From: Eledone cirrhosa | Taxonomy: Eukaryota | DNA: 64,000 nt | Direction: 5' to 3' | Assembly (NCBI GenBank): GCA_964016885.1 | Contig: OZ024743.1 | Span: forward strand, 340,008,001 to 340,072,000 | In this document: one piece after another, positions 51,208-64,000 of the stretch | How the letters are laid out: the number at the start of each line of letters is the position of its first letter | Numbering within the stretch: the stretch's first letter is position 1 | The notes under the pieces: generated by a model | The model's input: the letters and a program-made list of their open reading frames with translations, nothing else | The model's database searches: none | Told to the model about the DNA's origin: nothing | Translations under genes and position numbers: made by a program

Positions 51208-54200
51208 TAGGTGTAACTAAAGGAGAGAGGGGGAAAAAAGAGCGGAGAAAGGTGTAACTAAAGAAGAGAGGGGGAAAAAGGAGCGGAGAAAGGTGTAACT
51301 AAAGGAGAGAAGGTGAAAAAGGAGAGGAGAAAGGTTTAACTAAAGGAGAGAGGGTAAAAGGAGCGGAGAAAGGTGTAACTAAAGGAGAGAGAGGGGGGAA
51401 AGGAGCGCAGAAAGGTGTAACTAAAGGAGAGAGAGGGGAAAAAGGAGAGGAGAAAGGTGTAACTAAATGAGAAAGGGGGAAAATAGCGGAGTAAGGTGTA
51501 ACTAAAGGAGAGAGGGGGGAAAAGGAACGGAGAAAGGTGTAACAAAAGGAGGGAGGGGAAAAAAGGAGCGGAGAAAGGTGTAACTAAAAGAGAGAGGGGG
51601 CAAAGGAGCGGAGAAAGGTGTAACTAAAGGAGAGAACGGAAAAAAAGGAGCGGAGAAAGGTGTAACTAAAGGAGAGAGGGGAAAAAAGGAGCGGAGAAAG
51701 GTGTAACTAGAGGAGAGAGGCGGAAAAAGGAGAGGAGAAAGGTGTAACTAAAGGAGAGAGGTGAAATTAAAGGAGAGGCGAAAAGTGTAACTAAAGGAGA
51801 GAGGGAGAAAAAGGAGCGGAGAAAGGTGTAACTAAAGGAGAGAGGGGGAAAAAGGAGCGGAGAAAGGTGTAACTGAAGGAGAGAGGGGGAAAAGGAGCGG
51901 AGAAAGGTGTAACTAAAGGAGAGAGGGGGAAAAGGAGCGGAGAAAGGTGTAATTAAAGGAGAGAGGGGGAAAAGGAGCGGAGAAAGGTGTAACTAAAGGA
52001 GAGAGGGGGAAAAGGAGCGGAGAAAGGTGTAACTAAAGGAGAGAGCGGAAAAAAGGAGTGGAGAAAGGTGTAACTAAAGAAGAGAGGGGGAAAGGAGCGG
52101 AGAAAGGTGTAACTAAAGGAGGGAGGGGGAAAAAGGAGAGGAGAAAGGTGTAACTAAAGGAGAAAGGGGGAAATAGCGGAGAAAGGTGTAACTAAAGGAG
52201 AGAGGGGGAAAAGGAACGGAGAAAGGTGTAACAAAAGGAGAGAGGGGGAAAAGGGAGGGGAGAAAGGTGTAACTAAAGGAGAGAGGGGGCAAAGGAGCGG
52301 AGAAAGGTGTAACTAAAGGAGAGAACGGAAAAAAAGGAGCGGAGAAAGGTGTAACTAAAGGAGAGAGGGTAAAAAAGGAGCGGAGAAAGGTGTAACTAAA
52401 GGAGAGAAGGGAAAAAAGGAGAGGAGAAAGGTGTAACTAAAGGAGAGAGGGGGAAAAACAGTGGAGAAAGGTGTAACTAAAGGAGAGAGGGGAAAAAGGA
52501 GAGGAGAAAGGTGTAACTAAAGGATAGAGGGGGAAAAAGGAGGGAAGAAAGGTGTAACTAAAGGAGAGAGGGGGAAAAGACAGTGGAGAAAGGTGTAACT
52601 AAAGGAGAGAGGGGGAAAAGGAACGGAGAAAGGTGTAACAAAAGGAGAGAGGGGGAAAAGGGAGGGGAGAAAGGTGTAACTAAAGGAGAGAGGGGGCAAA
52701 GGAGCGGAGAAAGGTGTAACTAAAGGAGAGAACGGAAAAAAAGGAGCGGAGAAAGGTGTAACTAAAGGAGAGAGGGTAAAAAAGGAGCGGAGAAAGGTGT
52801 AACTAAAGGAGAGAAGGGAAAAAAGGAGAGGAGAAAGGTGTAACTAAAGGAGAGAGGGGGAAAAACAGTGGAGAAAGGTGTAACTAAAGGAGAGAGGGGG
52901 AAAAGACAGTGGAGAAAGGTGTAACTAAAGGAGAGAGGGGAAAAAGGAGAGGAGAAAGGTGTAACTAAAGGATAGAGGGGGAAAAAGGAGGGAAGAAAGG
53001 TGTAACTAAAGGAGAGAGGGGGAAAAGACAGTGGAGAAAGGTGTAACTAAAGGAGAGAGGGGGAAAAGACAGTGGAGAAAGGTGTAACTAAAGGAGAGAG
53101 GTGTAACTGAAGGAGAGGAGAAAGGTATAACTAAAGGAGAGAGGGGGAAAAGGAGTGGAGAAAGGTGTAACTAAAGGAGAGAGGTGAAACTAAAGGAGAG
53201 GCGAAAAGTGTAACTAAAGGAGAGAGGGAGAAAAAGGAGCGGAGAAAGGTGTAACTAAAGGAGAGAGGGGGGAAAAGGAGAGGAGAAAGGTGTAACTAAA
53301 GGAGAGAGGTGAAACTAAAGGAGAGGCGAAAGGTGTAACTAAAGGAGAGAGGGAGAAAAAGGAGCGGAGAAAGGTGTAACTAAAGGAGAGAGGGGGAAAA
53401 AGGAGAGGAGAAAGGTGTAACTAAAGGAGAGAGGGGAAAAGGAGTGGAGAAAGGTGTAACTAAAGGAGAGAGGAGGAAAACAGTGGAGAAAGGTGTAACT
53501 TAAGGAGAGAGGGGAAAAGGAGAGGAGAAAGGTGTAACTAAAGGAGAGAGGTGTAACTAAAGGAGAGGCGAAAAGTGTAACTAAAGGAGAGAGGGAGAAA
53601 AAGGAGCGGAGAAAGGTGTAACTAAAGGAGAGAGGGGGGAAAAGGAGAGGAGAAAGGTGTAACTAAAGGAGAGAGGTGAAACTAAAGGAGAGGCGAAAGG
53701 TGTAACTAAAGGAGAGAGGGGAAAAAGGAGTGGAGAAAGGTGTAACTAAAGGAGAGAGGGGGAAAAAGGAGAAGAGAAAGGTGTAACTAAAGGAGAGAGG
53801 GGGAAAAACAGTGGAGAAAGGTGTAACTAAAGGAGAGAGAGGGAAAAAGGAGAGGAGAAAGGTGTAACTAAAGGAGAGAGGGGAAAAAGGAGTGGAGAAA
53901 GGTGTAACTAAAGGAGAGAGGAGGAAAACAGTGGAGAAAGGTGTAACTAAAGGAGAGAGGGGAAAAGGAGAGGAGAAAGGTGTAACTAAAGGAGAGAGGT
54001 GTAACTAAAGGAGAGGCGAAAAGTGTAACTAAAGGAGAGAGGGAGAAAAAGGAGCGGAGAAAGGTGTAACTAAAAGAGAGAGGGGGGAAAAGGAGAGGAG
54101 AAAGGTGTAACTAAAGGAGAGAGGTGAAACTAAAGGAGAGGCGAAAGGTGTAACTAAAGGAGAGAGGGGAAAAAGGAGAGGAGAAAGGTGTAACTAAAGG

Positions 54201-57200
54201 AGAGAGGGGGAAAAACAGTGGAGAAAGGTGTAACTAAAGGAGAGAGGGGGAAAAGACAGTGGAGAAAGGTGTAACTAAAGGAGAGAGGGGAAAAAGGAGA
54301 GGAGAAAGGTGTAACTAAAGGATAGAGGGGGAAAAAGGAGGGAAGAAAGGTGTAACTAAAGGAGAGAGGGGGAAAAGACAGTGGAGAAAGGTGTAACTAA
54401 AGGAGAGAGGGGGAAAAGACAGTGGAGAAAGGTGTAACTAAAGGAGAGAGGTGTAACTGAAGGAGAGGAGAAAGGTATAACTAAAGGAGAGAGGGGGAAA
54501 AGGAGTGGAGAAAGGTGTAACTAAAGGAGAGAGGTGAAACTAAAGGAGAGGCGAAAAGTGTAACTAAAGGAGAGAGGGAGAAAAAGGAGCGGAGAAAGGT
54601 GTAACTAAAGGAGAGAGGGGGGAAAAGGAGAGGAGAAAGGTGTAACTAAAGGAGAGAGGTGAAACTAAAGGAGAGGCGAAAGGTGTAACTAAAGGAGAGA
54701 GGGAGAAAAAGGAGCGGAGAAAGGTGTGACTAAAGGAGAGAGGGGGAAAAAGGAGAGGAGAAAGGTGTAACTAAAGGAGAGAGGGGAAAAGGAGTGGAGA
54801 AAGGTGTAACTAAAGGAGAGAGGAGGAAAACAGTGGAGAAAGGTGTAACTTAAGGAGAGAGGGGAAAAGGAGAGGAGAAAGGTGTAACTAAAGGAGAGAG
54901 GTGTAACTAAAGGAGAGGCGAAAAGTGTAACTAAAGGAGAGAGGGAGAAAAAGGAGCGGAGAAAGGTGTAACTAAAGGAGAGAGGGGGGAAAAGGAGAGG
55001 AGAAAGGTGTAACTAAAGGAGAGAGGTGAAACTAAAGGAGAGGCGAAAGGTGTAACTAAAGGAGAGAGGGGAAAAAGGAGTGGAGAAAGGTGTAACTAAA
55101 GGAGAGAGGGGGAAAAAGGAGAAGAGAAAGGTGTAACTAAAGGAGAGAGGGGGAAAAACAGTGGAGAAAGGTGTAACTAAAGGAGAGAGAGGGAAAAAGG
55201 AGAGGAGAAAGGTGTAACTAAAGGAGAGAGGGGAAAAAGGAGTGGAGAAAGGTGTAACTAAAGGAGAGAGGAGGAAAACAGTGGAGAAAGGTGTAACTAA
55301 AGGAGAGAGGGGAAAAGGAGAGGAGAAAGGTGTAACTAAAGGAGAGAGGTGTAACTAAAGGAGAGGCGAAAAGTGTAACTAAAGGAGAGAGGGAGAAAAA
55401 GGAGCGGAGAAAGGTGTAACTAAAAGAGAGAGGGGGGAAAAGGAGAGGAGAAAGGTGTAACTAAAGGAGAGAGGTGAAACTAAAGGAGAGGCGAAAGGTG
55501 TAACTAAAGGAGAGAGGGGAAAAAGGAGTGGAGAAAGGTGTAACTAAAGGAGAGAGGGGGAAAAAGGAGAAGAGAAAGGTGTAACTAAAGGAGAGAGGGG
55601 GAAAAACAGTGGAGAGAGGTGTAACTAAAGGAGAGAGAGGAAAAAGGAGCGGAGAAAGGTGTAACTAAAGGAGAGAGGGGGAAAAACAGTGGAGAAATGT
55701 GTAACTAAAGGAGAGAGGTGGAAAAACAGTGGAGAAAGGTGTAACTAAAGGAGAGAGGGGGAAAAAGGAGGGGAGAAAGGTGTAACTAAAGGAGAGAGAG
55801 GGGGGAAAGGAGCGCAGAAAGGTGTAACTAAAGGAGAGAGAGGGGAAAAAGGAGAGGAGAAAGGTGTAACTAAAGGAGAAAGGGGGAAAAATAGGGAGAA
55901 ATGTGTAACTAAAGGAGAGAGGGGGGAAAAGGAACGGAGAAAGTTGTAACAAAGGGAGGGAGGGGAAAAAAGGTGCGGAGAAAGGTGTAACTAAAAGAGA
56001 GAGAGGGCAAAGGAGCGGAGAAAGGTGTAACTAAAGGAGAGAACGGAAAAAAAGGAGCGGAGAAAGGTGTAACTAAAGGAGAGAGGGGGAAAAAGGAGCG
56101 GAGAAAGGTGTAACTAAAGGAGAGAAGGGGAAAAAAGGAGTGGAGAAAGGTGTAACTAAAGGAGAGAGGGGAAAAAGGAGCGGAGAAAGGTGTAAATAAA
56201 GGAGAGAGGGGACAAAGGAGCGGAGAAAGGTGTAACTGAAGGAGAGAGGGGGAAAAGGAGCGGAGAAAGGTGTAACTAAAGAAGAGAGGGGGAAAGGAGC
56301 GGAGAAAGGTGTAACTAAAGGAGGGAGGGGGAAAAAGGAGAGGAGAAAGGTGTAACTAAAGGAGAAAGGGGGAAATAGCGGAAAAAGGTGTAACTAAAGG
56401 AGAGAGGGGGAAAAACAGTGGAGAAAAGTGTAACAAAAGGAGAGAGGGGGTAAAAGGAGGGGAGAAAGGTGTAACTAAAAGAGAGAGGGGGCAAAGGAGC
56501 GGAGAAAGGTTTAACTAAAGGAGAGAACGGAAAAAAAGGAGCGGAGAAAGGTGTAACTAAAGGAGAGAGAGGGGAAAAAGGAGAGGAGAAAGGTGTAACT
56601 AAAGGAGAAAGGGGGAAAATAGCGGAGAAAGGTGTAACTGAAGGAGAGAGGGGGAAAAGGAACGGAGAAAGGTGTAACAAAAGGAGGGAGGGGAAAAAAG
56701 GAGCGGAGAAAGGTGTAACTAAAAGAGAGAGGGGGCAAAGGAGCGGAGAAAGGTTTAACTAAAGGAGAGAACGGAAAAAAAGGAGCGGAGAAAGGTGTAA
56801 CTAAAGGAGAGAGGGAAAAAAGGAGCGGAGAAAGGTGTAACTAAAGGAGAGAAGGGGAAAAAAGGAGAGGAGAACTGTGTAACTAAAGGAGAGAGGGGGA
56901 AAAACAGTGGAGAAAGGTGTAACTAAAGGAGAGAGGGGAAAAAGGAGAGGAGAAAGGTGTAACTAAAGGAGAGAGGGGGAAAAAGGTGGGGAGAAAGGTG
57001 TAACTAAAGGAGAGAGGGGGAAAAGACAGTGGAGAAAGGTGTAACTAAAGGAGAGAGGTGAAACTAAAGGAAAGGCGAAAAGTGTAACTAAAGGAGAGAG
57101 GGGGAAAAAGGAGAGGAGAAAGGTGTAACTAAAGGAGAGAGGTGAAACTAAAGGAGAGGCGAAAAGTGTAACTAAAGGAGAGAGGGAGAAAAAGGAGCGG

Positions 57201-60200
57201 AGAAAGGTGTAACTAAAGGAGAGAGGGGGGAAAAGGAGAGGAGAAAGGTGTAACTAAAGGAGAGAGGGGAAAAAGGAGAGGAGAAAGGTGTAACTAAAGC
57301 AGAGAGAGGGAAAAAGGAGGGGAGAAAGGTGTAACTAAAGGAGAGAGGGGGAAAAGGAGTGGAGAAAGGTGTAACTAAAGGAGAGAGGAGAAAAACAGTG
57401 GAGAAAGGTGTAACTAAAGGAGAGAGGGGTAAAGGAGAGGAGAAAGGTGTAACTAAAGGAGAGAGGTGTAACTGAAGGAGAGGCGAAAAGTGTAACTAAA
57501 GGAGAGAGGGAGAAAAAGGAGCGGAGAAAGGTGTAACTAAAGGAGAGAGGGGGGAAAAGGAGAGGAGAAAGGTGTAACTAAAGGAGAGAGGTGAAACTAA
57601 AGGAGAGGCGAAAGGTGTAACTAAAGGAGAGAGGGGGAAAAAGGAGCGGAGAAAGGTGTAAATAAAGGAGAGAGGGGACAAAGGAGCGGAGAAAGGTGTA
57701 ACTGAAGGAGAGAGGGGGAAAAGGAGCGGAGAAAGGTGTAACTAAAGAAGAGAGGGGGAAAGGAGCGGAGAAAGGTGTAACTAAAGGAGGGAGGGGGAAA
57801 AAGGAGAGGAGAAAGGTGTAACTAAAGGAGAAAGGGGGAAATAGCGGAAAAAGGTGTAACTAAAGGAGAGAGGGGGAAAAACAGTGGAGAAAGGTGTAAC
57901 AAAAGGAGAGAGGGGGTAAAAGGAGGGGAGAAAGGTGTAACTAAAAGAGAGAGGGGGCAAAGGAGCGGAGAAAGGTTTAACTAAAGGAGAGAACGGAAAA
58001 AAAGGAGCGGAGAAAGGTGTAACTAAAGGAGAGAGAGGGGAAAAAGGAGAGGAGAAAGGTGTAACTAAAGGAGAAAGGGGGAAAATAGCGGAGAAAGGTG
58101 TAACTGAAGGAGAGAGGGGGAAAAGGAACGGAGAAAGGTGTAACAAAAGGAGGGAGGGGAAAAAAGGAGCGGAGAAAGGTGTAACTAAAAGAGAGAGGGG
58201 GCAAAGGAGCGGAGAAAGGTTTAACTAAAGGAGAGAACGGAAAAAAAGAAGCGGAGAAAGGTGTAACTAAAGGAGAGAGGGAAAAAAGGAGCGGAGAAAG
58301 GTGTAACTAAAGGAGAGAACGGGAAAAAAGGAGAGGAGAACTCTGTAACTAAAGGAGAGAGGGGGAAAAACAGTGGAGAAAGGTGTAACTAAAGGAGAGA
58401 GGGGAAAAAGGAGAGGAGAAAGGTGTAACTAAAGGAGAGAGGGGGAAAAAGGTGGGGAGAAAGGTGTAACTAAAGGAGAGAGGGGGAAAAAGACAGTGGA
58501 GAAAGGTGTAACTAAAGGAGAGAGGTGAAACTAAAGGAAAGGCGAAAAGTGTAACTAAAGGAGAGAGGGGGAAAAAGGAGAGGAGAAAGGTGTAACTAAA
58601 GGAGAGAGGTGAAACTAAAGGAGAGGCGAAAAGTGTAACTAAAGGAGAGAGGGAGAAAAAGGAGCGGAGAAAGGTGTAACTAAAGGAGAGAGGGGGGAAA
58701 AGGAGAGGAGAAAGGTGTAACTAAAGGAGAGAGGGGAAAAAGGAGAGGAGAAAGGTGTAACTAAAGCAGAGAGGGGGAAAAAGGAGGGGAGAAAGGTGTA
58801 ACTAAAGGAGAGAGGGGGAAAAGGAGTGGAGAAAGGTGTAACTAAAGGAGAGAGGAGGAAAACAGTGGAGAAAGGTGTAACTAAAGGAGAGAGGGGTAAA
58901 GGAGAGGAGAAAGGTGTAACTAAAGGAGAGAGGTGTAACTGAAGGAGAGGCGAAAAGTGTAACTAAAGGAGAGAGGGAGAAAAAGGAGCGGAGAAAGGTG
59001 TAACTAAAGGAGAGAGGGGGGAAAAGGAGAGGAGAAAGGTGTAACTAAAGGAGAGAGGTGAAACTAAAGGAGAGGCGAAAGGTGTAACTAAAGGAGAGAG
59101 GGGGAAAAAGGAGCGGAGAAAGGTGTAAATAAAGGAGAGAGGGGACAAAGGAGCGGAGAAAGGTGTAACTGAAGGAGAGAGGGGGAAAAGGAGCGGAGAA
59201 AGGTGTAACTAAAGAAGAGAGGGGGAAAGGAGCGGAGAAAGGTGTAACTAAAGGAGGGAGGGGGAAAAAGGAGAGGAGAAAGGTGTAACTAAAGGAGAAA
59301 GGGGGAAATAGCGGAAAAAGGTGTAACTAAAGGAGAGAGGGGGAAAAACAGTGGAGAAAGGTGTAACAAAAGGAGAGAGGGGGTAAAAGGAGGGGAGAAA
59401 GGTGTAACTAAAAGAGAGAGGGGGCAAAGGAGCGGAGAAAGGTTTAACTAAAGGAGAGAACGGAAAAAAAGGAGCGGAGAAAGGTGTAACTAAAGGAGAG
59501 AGAGGGGAAAAAGGAGAGGAGAAAGGTGTAACTAAAGGAGAAAGGGGGAAAATAGCGGAGAAAGGTGTAACTGAAGGAGAGAGGGGGAAAAGGAACGGAG
59601 AAAGGTGTAACAAAAGGAGGGAGGGGAAAAAAGGAGCGGAGAAAGGTGTAACTAAAAGAGAGAGGGGGCAAAGGAGCGGAGAAAGGTTTAACTAAAGGAG
59701 AGAACGGAAAAAAAGGAGCGGAGAAAGGTGTAACTAAAGGAGAGAGGGAAAAAAGGAGCGGAGAAAGGTGTAACTAAAGGAGAGAAGGGGAAAAAAGGAG
59801 AGGAGAACTGTGTAACTAAAGGAGAGAGGGGGAAAAACAGTGGAGAAAGGTGTAACTAAAGGAGAGAGGGGAAAAAGGAGAGGAGAAAGGTGTAACTAAA
59901 GGAGAGAGGGGGAAAAAGGTGGGGAGAAAGGTGTAACTAAAGGAGAGAGGGGGAAAAGACAGTGGAGAAAGGTGTAACTAAAGGAGAGAGGTGAAACTAA
60001 AGGAAAGGCGAAAAGTGTAACTAAAGGAGAGAGGGGGAAAAAGGAGAGGAGAAAGGTGTAACTAAAGGAGAGAGGTGAAACTAAAGGAGAGGCGAAAAGT
60101 GTAACTAAAGGAGAGAGGGAGAAAAAGGAGCGGAGAAAGGTGTAACTAAAGGAGAGAGGGGGGAAAAGGAGAGGAGAAAGGTGTAACTAAAGGAGAGAGG

Positions 60201-63200
60201 GGAAAAAGGAGAGGAGAAAGGTGTAACTAAAGCAGAGAGGGGGAAAAAGGAGGGGAGAAAGGTGTAACTAAAGGAGAGAGGGGGAAAAGGAGTGGAGAAA
60301 GGTGTAACTAAAGGAGAGAGGAGGAAAACAGTGGAGAAAGGTGTAACTAAAGGAGAGAGGGGTAAAGGAGAGGAGAAAGGTGTAACTAAAGGAGAGAGGT
60401 GTAACTGAAGGAGAGGCGAAAAGTGTAACTAAAGGAGAGAGGGAGAAAAAGGAGCGGAGAAAGGTGTAACTAAAGGAGAGAGGGGGGAAAAGGAGAGGAG
60501 AAAGGTGTAACTAAAGGAGAGAGGTGAAACTAAAGGAGAGGCGAAAGGTGTAACTAAAGGAGAGAGGGGGAAAAAGGAGAGGAGAAAGGTGTAATTAAAG
60601 GAGAGAGGGGAAAAAGGAGTGGAGAAAGGTGTAACTAAAGGAGAGAGGGGGAAAAAGGAGAAGAGAATGGTGTAACTAAAGGAGAGAGGGGGAAAAACAG
60701 TGGAGAAAGGTGTAACTAAAGGAGAGAGAGGGAAAAAGGAGAGGAGAAAGGTGTAACTAAAGGAGAGAGGGGGAAAAAGGAGCGGAGAAAGGTGTAACTA
60801 AAGGAGAGAGGGGGAAAAAACAGTGGAGAAATGTGTAACTAAAGGAGAGAGGGGGAAAAACAGTGGAGAAAGGTGTAACTAAAGGAGAGAGGGGGAAAAA
60901 GGAGGGGAGAAAGGCGTAACTAAAGGAGAGAGAGGGGGGAAAGGAGCGCAGAAAGGTGTAACTAAAGGAGAGAGAGGGGAAAAAGGAGAGGAGAAAGGTG
61001 TAACTAAAGGAGAAAGGGGGAAAAATAGCGGAGAAAGGTGTAACTAAAGGAGAGAGGGGGGAAAAGGAACGGAGAAAGGTGTAACAAAAGGAGGGAGGGG
61101 AAAAAAGGTGCGGAGAAAGGTGTAACTAAAAGAGAGAGGGGGCAAAGGTGCGAAGAAAGGTGTAACTAAAGGAGAGAACGGAAAAAAAGGAGCGGAGAAA
61201 GGTGTAACTAAAGGAGAGAGGGGAAAAAAGGAGCGGAGAAAGGTGTAACTAAAGGAGAGAAGAGGAAAAAAGGAGTGGAGAAAGGTGTAACTAAAGGAGA
61301 GAGGGGAAAAAGGAGCGGAGAAAGGTGTAACTAAAGGAGAGAGGGGACAAAGGAGCGGAGAAAGGTGTAACTGAAGGAGAGAGGGGGAAAAGGAGCGGAG
61401 AAAGGTGTAACTAAAGAAGAGAGGGGGAAAGGAGCGGAGAAAGGTGTAACTAAAGGAGGGAGGGGGAAAAAGGAGAGGAGAAGGTGTAACTAAAGGAGAA
61501 AGGGGGAAATAGCGGAAAAAGGTGTAACTAAAGGAGAGAGGGGGAAAAACAGTGGGGAAAGGTGTAACAAAAGGAGAGAGGGGGAAAAAGGAGGGGAGAA
61601 AGGTGTAACTAAAGGAGAGAGGGGGAAAAGGAGCGGAGAAAGGTGTAATTAAAGGAGAGAGGGGGAAAAGGAGCGGAGAAAGGTGTAACTAAAGGAGAGA
61701 GGGTGAAAAAGGAGAGGAGAAAGGTTTAACTAAAGGAGAGAGGGTAAAAGGAGCGGAGAAAGGTGTAACTAAAGGAGAGAGAGGGGGAAAAAGGAGCGCA
61801 GAAAGGTGTAACTAAAGGAGAGAGAGGGGAAAAAGGAGCGGAGAAAGGTGTAACTAAAGGAGAGAGGGGGAAAAAGGAGAGGCGAAAAGTGTAACTAAAC
61901 GAGAGAGGGAGAAAAAGGAGCGGAGAAAGGTGTAACTAAAGGAGAGAGAGGGGAAAAAGGAGAGGAGAAAGGTGTAACTAAAGGAGAGAAGGGGAAAAAA
62001 GGAGAGGAGAACTGTGTAACTAAAGGAGAGAGGGGGTAAAACAGTGGAGAAAGGTGTAACTAAAGGAGAGAGGGGAAAAAGGAGAGGAGAAAGGTGTAAC
62101 TAAAGGAGAGAGGGGGAAAAAGGTGGGGAGAAAGGTGTAACTAAAGGAGAGAGGTGGAAAAGACAGTGGAGAAAGGTGTAACTAAAGGAGAGAGGTGAAA
62201 CTAAAGGAAAGGCGAAAAGTGTAACTAAAGGAGAGAGGGGGAAAAAGGAGAGGAGAAAGGTGTAACTAAAGGAGAGAGGGGGAAAACAGTGGAGAAAGGT
62301 GTAACAAAAGGAGAGAGGGGAAAAAAGGAGGGGAGAAAGGTGTAACTAAAGGAGAGAGGGGGAAAAGGAGCGGAGAAATGTGTAATTAAAGGAGAGAGGG
62401 GGAAAAGGAGCGGAGAAAGGTGTAACTAAAGGAGAGAGGGTGAAAAAGGAGAGGAGAAAGGTTTAACTAAAGGAGAGAGGGTAAAAGGAGCGGAGAAAGG
62501 TGTAACTAAAGGAGAGAGAGGGGGAAAAAGGAGCGCAGAAAGGTGTAATTAAAGGAGAGAGAGGGGAAAAAGGAGAGGAGAAAGGTGTAACTAAAGGAGA
62601 AAGGGGGAAAATAGCGGAGAAAGGTGTAACTAAAGGAGAGAGGGGGAAAAGGAACGGAGAAAGGTGTAACAAAAGGAGGGAGGGGAAAAAGGAGCGGAGA
62701 AAGGTGTAACTAAAAGAGAGAGAGGGCAAAGGAGCGGAGAAAGGTGTAACTAAAGGAGAGAACGGAAAAAAATGGGCGGAGAAAGGTGTAACTAAAGGAG
62801 AGAGGGAAAAAAGGAGCGGAGAAAGGTGTAACTAAAGGAGAGAGGGGGAAAAACAGTGGAGAAAGGTGTAACTAAAGGAGAGAGGGGAAAAAGGAGAGGA
62901 GAAAGGTGTAACTAAAGGAGAGAGGGGGTAAAAGGTGGGGAGAAAGGTGTAACTAAAGGAGAGAGGGGGAAAAAGGAGAGGAGAAAGGTGTAACTAAAGG
63001 AGAGAGGTGAAACTAAAGGAGAGGCGAAAAGTGTAACTAAAGGAGAGAGGGAGAAAATGGAGCGGAGAAAGGTGTAACTAAAGGAGAGAGGGGGAAAAAG
63101 GAGAGGAGAAAGGTGTAACTAAAGGAGAGAGGGGAAAAAGGAGAGGAGAAAGGTGTAGCTAAAGGAGAGAGGGGGAAAAAGGAGGGGAGAAAGGTGTAAT

Positions 63201-64000
63201 TAAAGGAGAGAGGGGGAAAAGACAGTGGAGAAAGGTGTAACTAAAGGAGAGAGGTGAAACTAAAGGAGAGGCGAAAAGTGTAACTAAAGGAGAGAGGGGG
63301 AAAAAGGAGAGGAGAAAGGTGTAACTAAAGGAGAGAGGTGAAACTAAAGGAGAGGCGAAAAGTGTAACTAAAGGAGAGAGGGAGAAAAAGGAGCGGAGAA
63401 AGGTGTAACTAAAGGAGAGAGGGGGAAAAGGAGAGGAGAAAGGTGTAACTAAAGGAGAGAGGGGAAAAAGGAGTGGAGAAAGGTGTAACTAAAGGAGAGA
63501 GGGGGAAAAAGGAGAAGAGAAAGGTGTAACTAAAGGAGAGAGGGGGAAAAACAGTGGAGAGAGGTGTAACTAAAGGAGAGAGAGGGAAAAAGGAGAGGAG
63601 AAAGGTGTAACTAAAGGAGAGAGGGGGAAAAAGGAGCGGAGAAATGTGTAACTAAAGGAGAGAGGGGAAAAACAGTGGAGAAAGGTGTAACTAAAGGAGA
63701 GAGGGGGAAAAAGGAGGGGAGAAAGGTGTAACTAAAGGAGGGGAGAAAGGTATAACTAAAGGAGAGAGGGGAAAAAGGAGTGGAGAAAGGTGTAACTAAA
63801 GGAGAGAGGGGGAAAAGGAGCGGAGAAAGGTGTAACTAAAGGAGAGAGGGGGAAAAAACAGTGAAGAAAGGTGTAACTAAAGGAGAGAGGGGAAAAGGAG
63901 AGGAGAAAGGTGTAACTAAAGGAGAGAGGTGTAACTAAAGGAGAGGCGAAAAGTGTAACTAAAGGAGAGAGGGAGAAAAAGGAGCGGAGAAAGGTGTAAC
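51208..64000 (+). repeat. Purine-rich ~38-40 bp satellite (ggagaaaggtgtaactaaaggagagagggggaaaaaggag[c/a/t]) with higher-order repeats
   Basis: Hundreds of tandem monomers; variant patterns recur at 1350 bp (53101/54451) and 1466-1467 bp (56315/57781/59248). Confidence 0.97.

Noticed and set aside
51336-62729. Minus-strand ORFs and a CRISPR-like look (constant core + variable spacer) in the satellite
   Set aside because: The spacers are related G/A runs, not unique sequences; there are no cas genes; the context is eukaryotic.

Overview
Eukaryotic, gene-free, repeat-dense DNA. The tRNA-derived SINE family and microsatellite load suggest an octopus/cephalopod genome (inference). No host gene is evident. 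The first ~51 kb is a mosaic of three groups. (i) Penelope-like element (PLE) remnants of Naiad type (CxCx5C linker + GIY-YIG) and many small non-coding PLE/retrozyme-like inserts, almost all in (TA)n tracts and mostly built as outward-facing inverted arms. (ii) RLE-type non-LTR retrotransposons: two R4/Dong-like copies in (CATA)n and several CRE-like copies. (iii) RTE fragments, SINEs, two Tc1/mariner-type MITEs and a ~1.3 kb tandem triplication. The last ~12.8 kb is a purine-rich ~38-40 bp satellite with 1350 bp and ~1467 bp higher-order repeats. Manual folding found 17 complete type I hammerhead ribozyme (HHR) motifs from 8 families, including U3-A8 core variants and a 544-nt monomer that starts exactly at its self-cleavage site. 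Two diverged copies of another motif (28843-28897 and 41192-41253, minus strand) hold all HHR core nucleotides and a covarying stem I, but in a segment order that is not type I, II or III: a candidate pseudoknotted hammerhead topology. All RNA structures were derived by eye and none has been tested.
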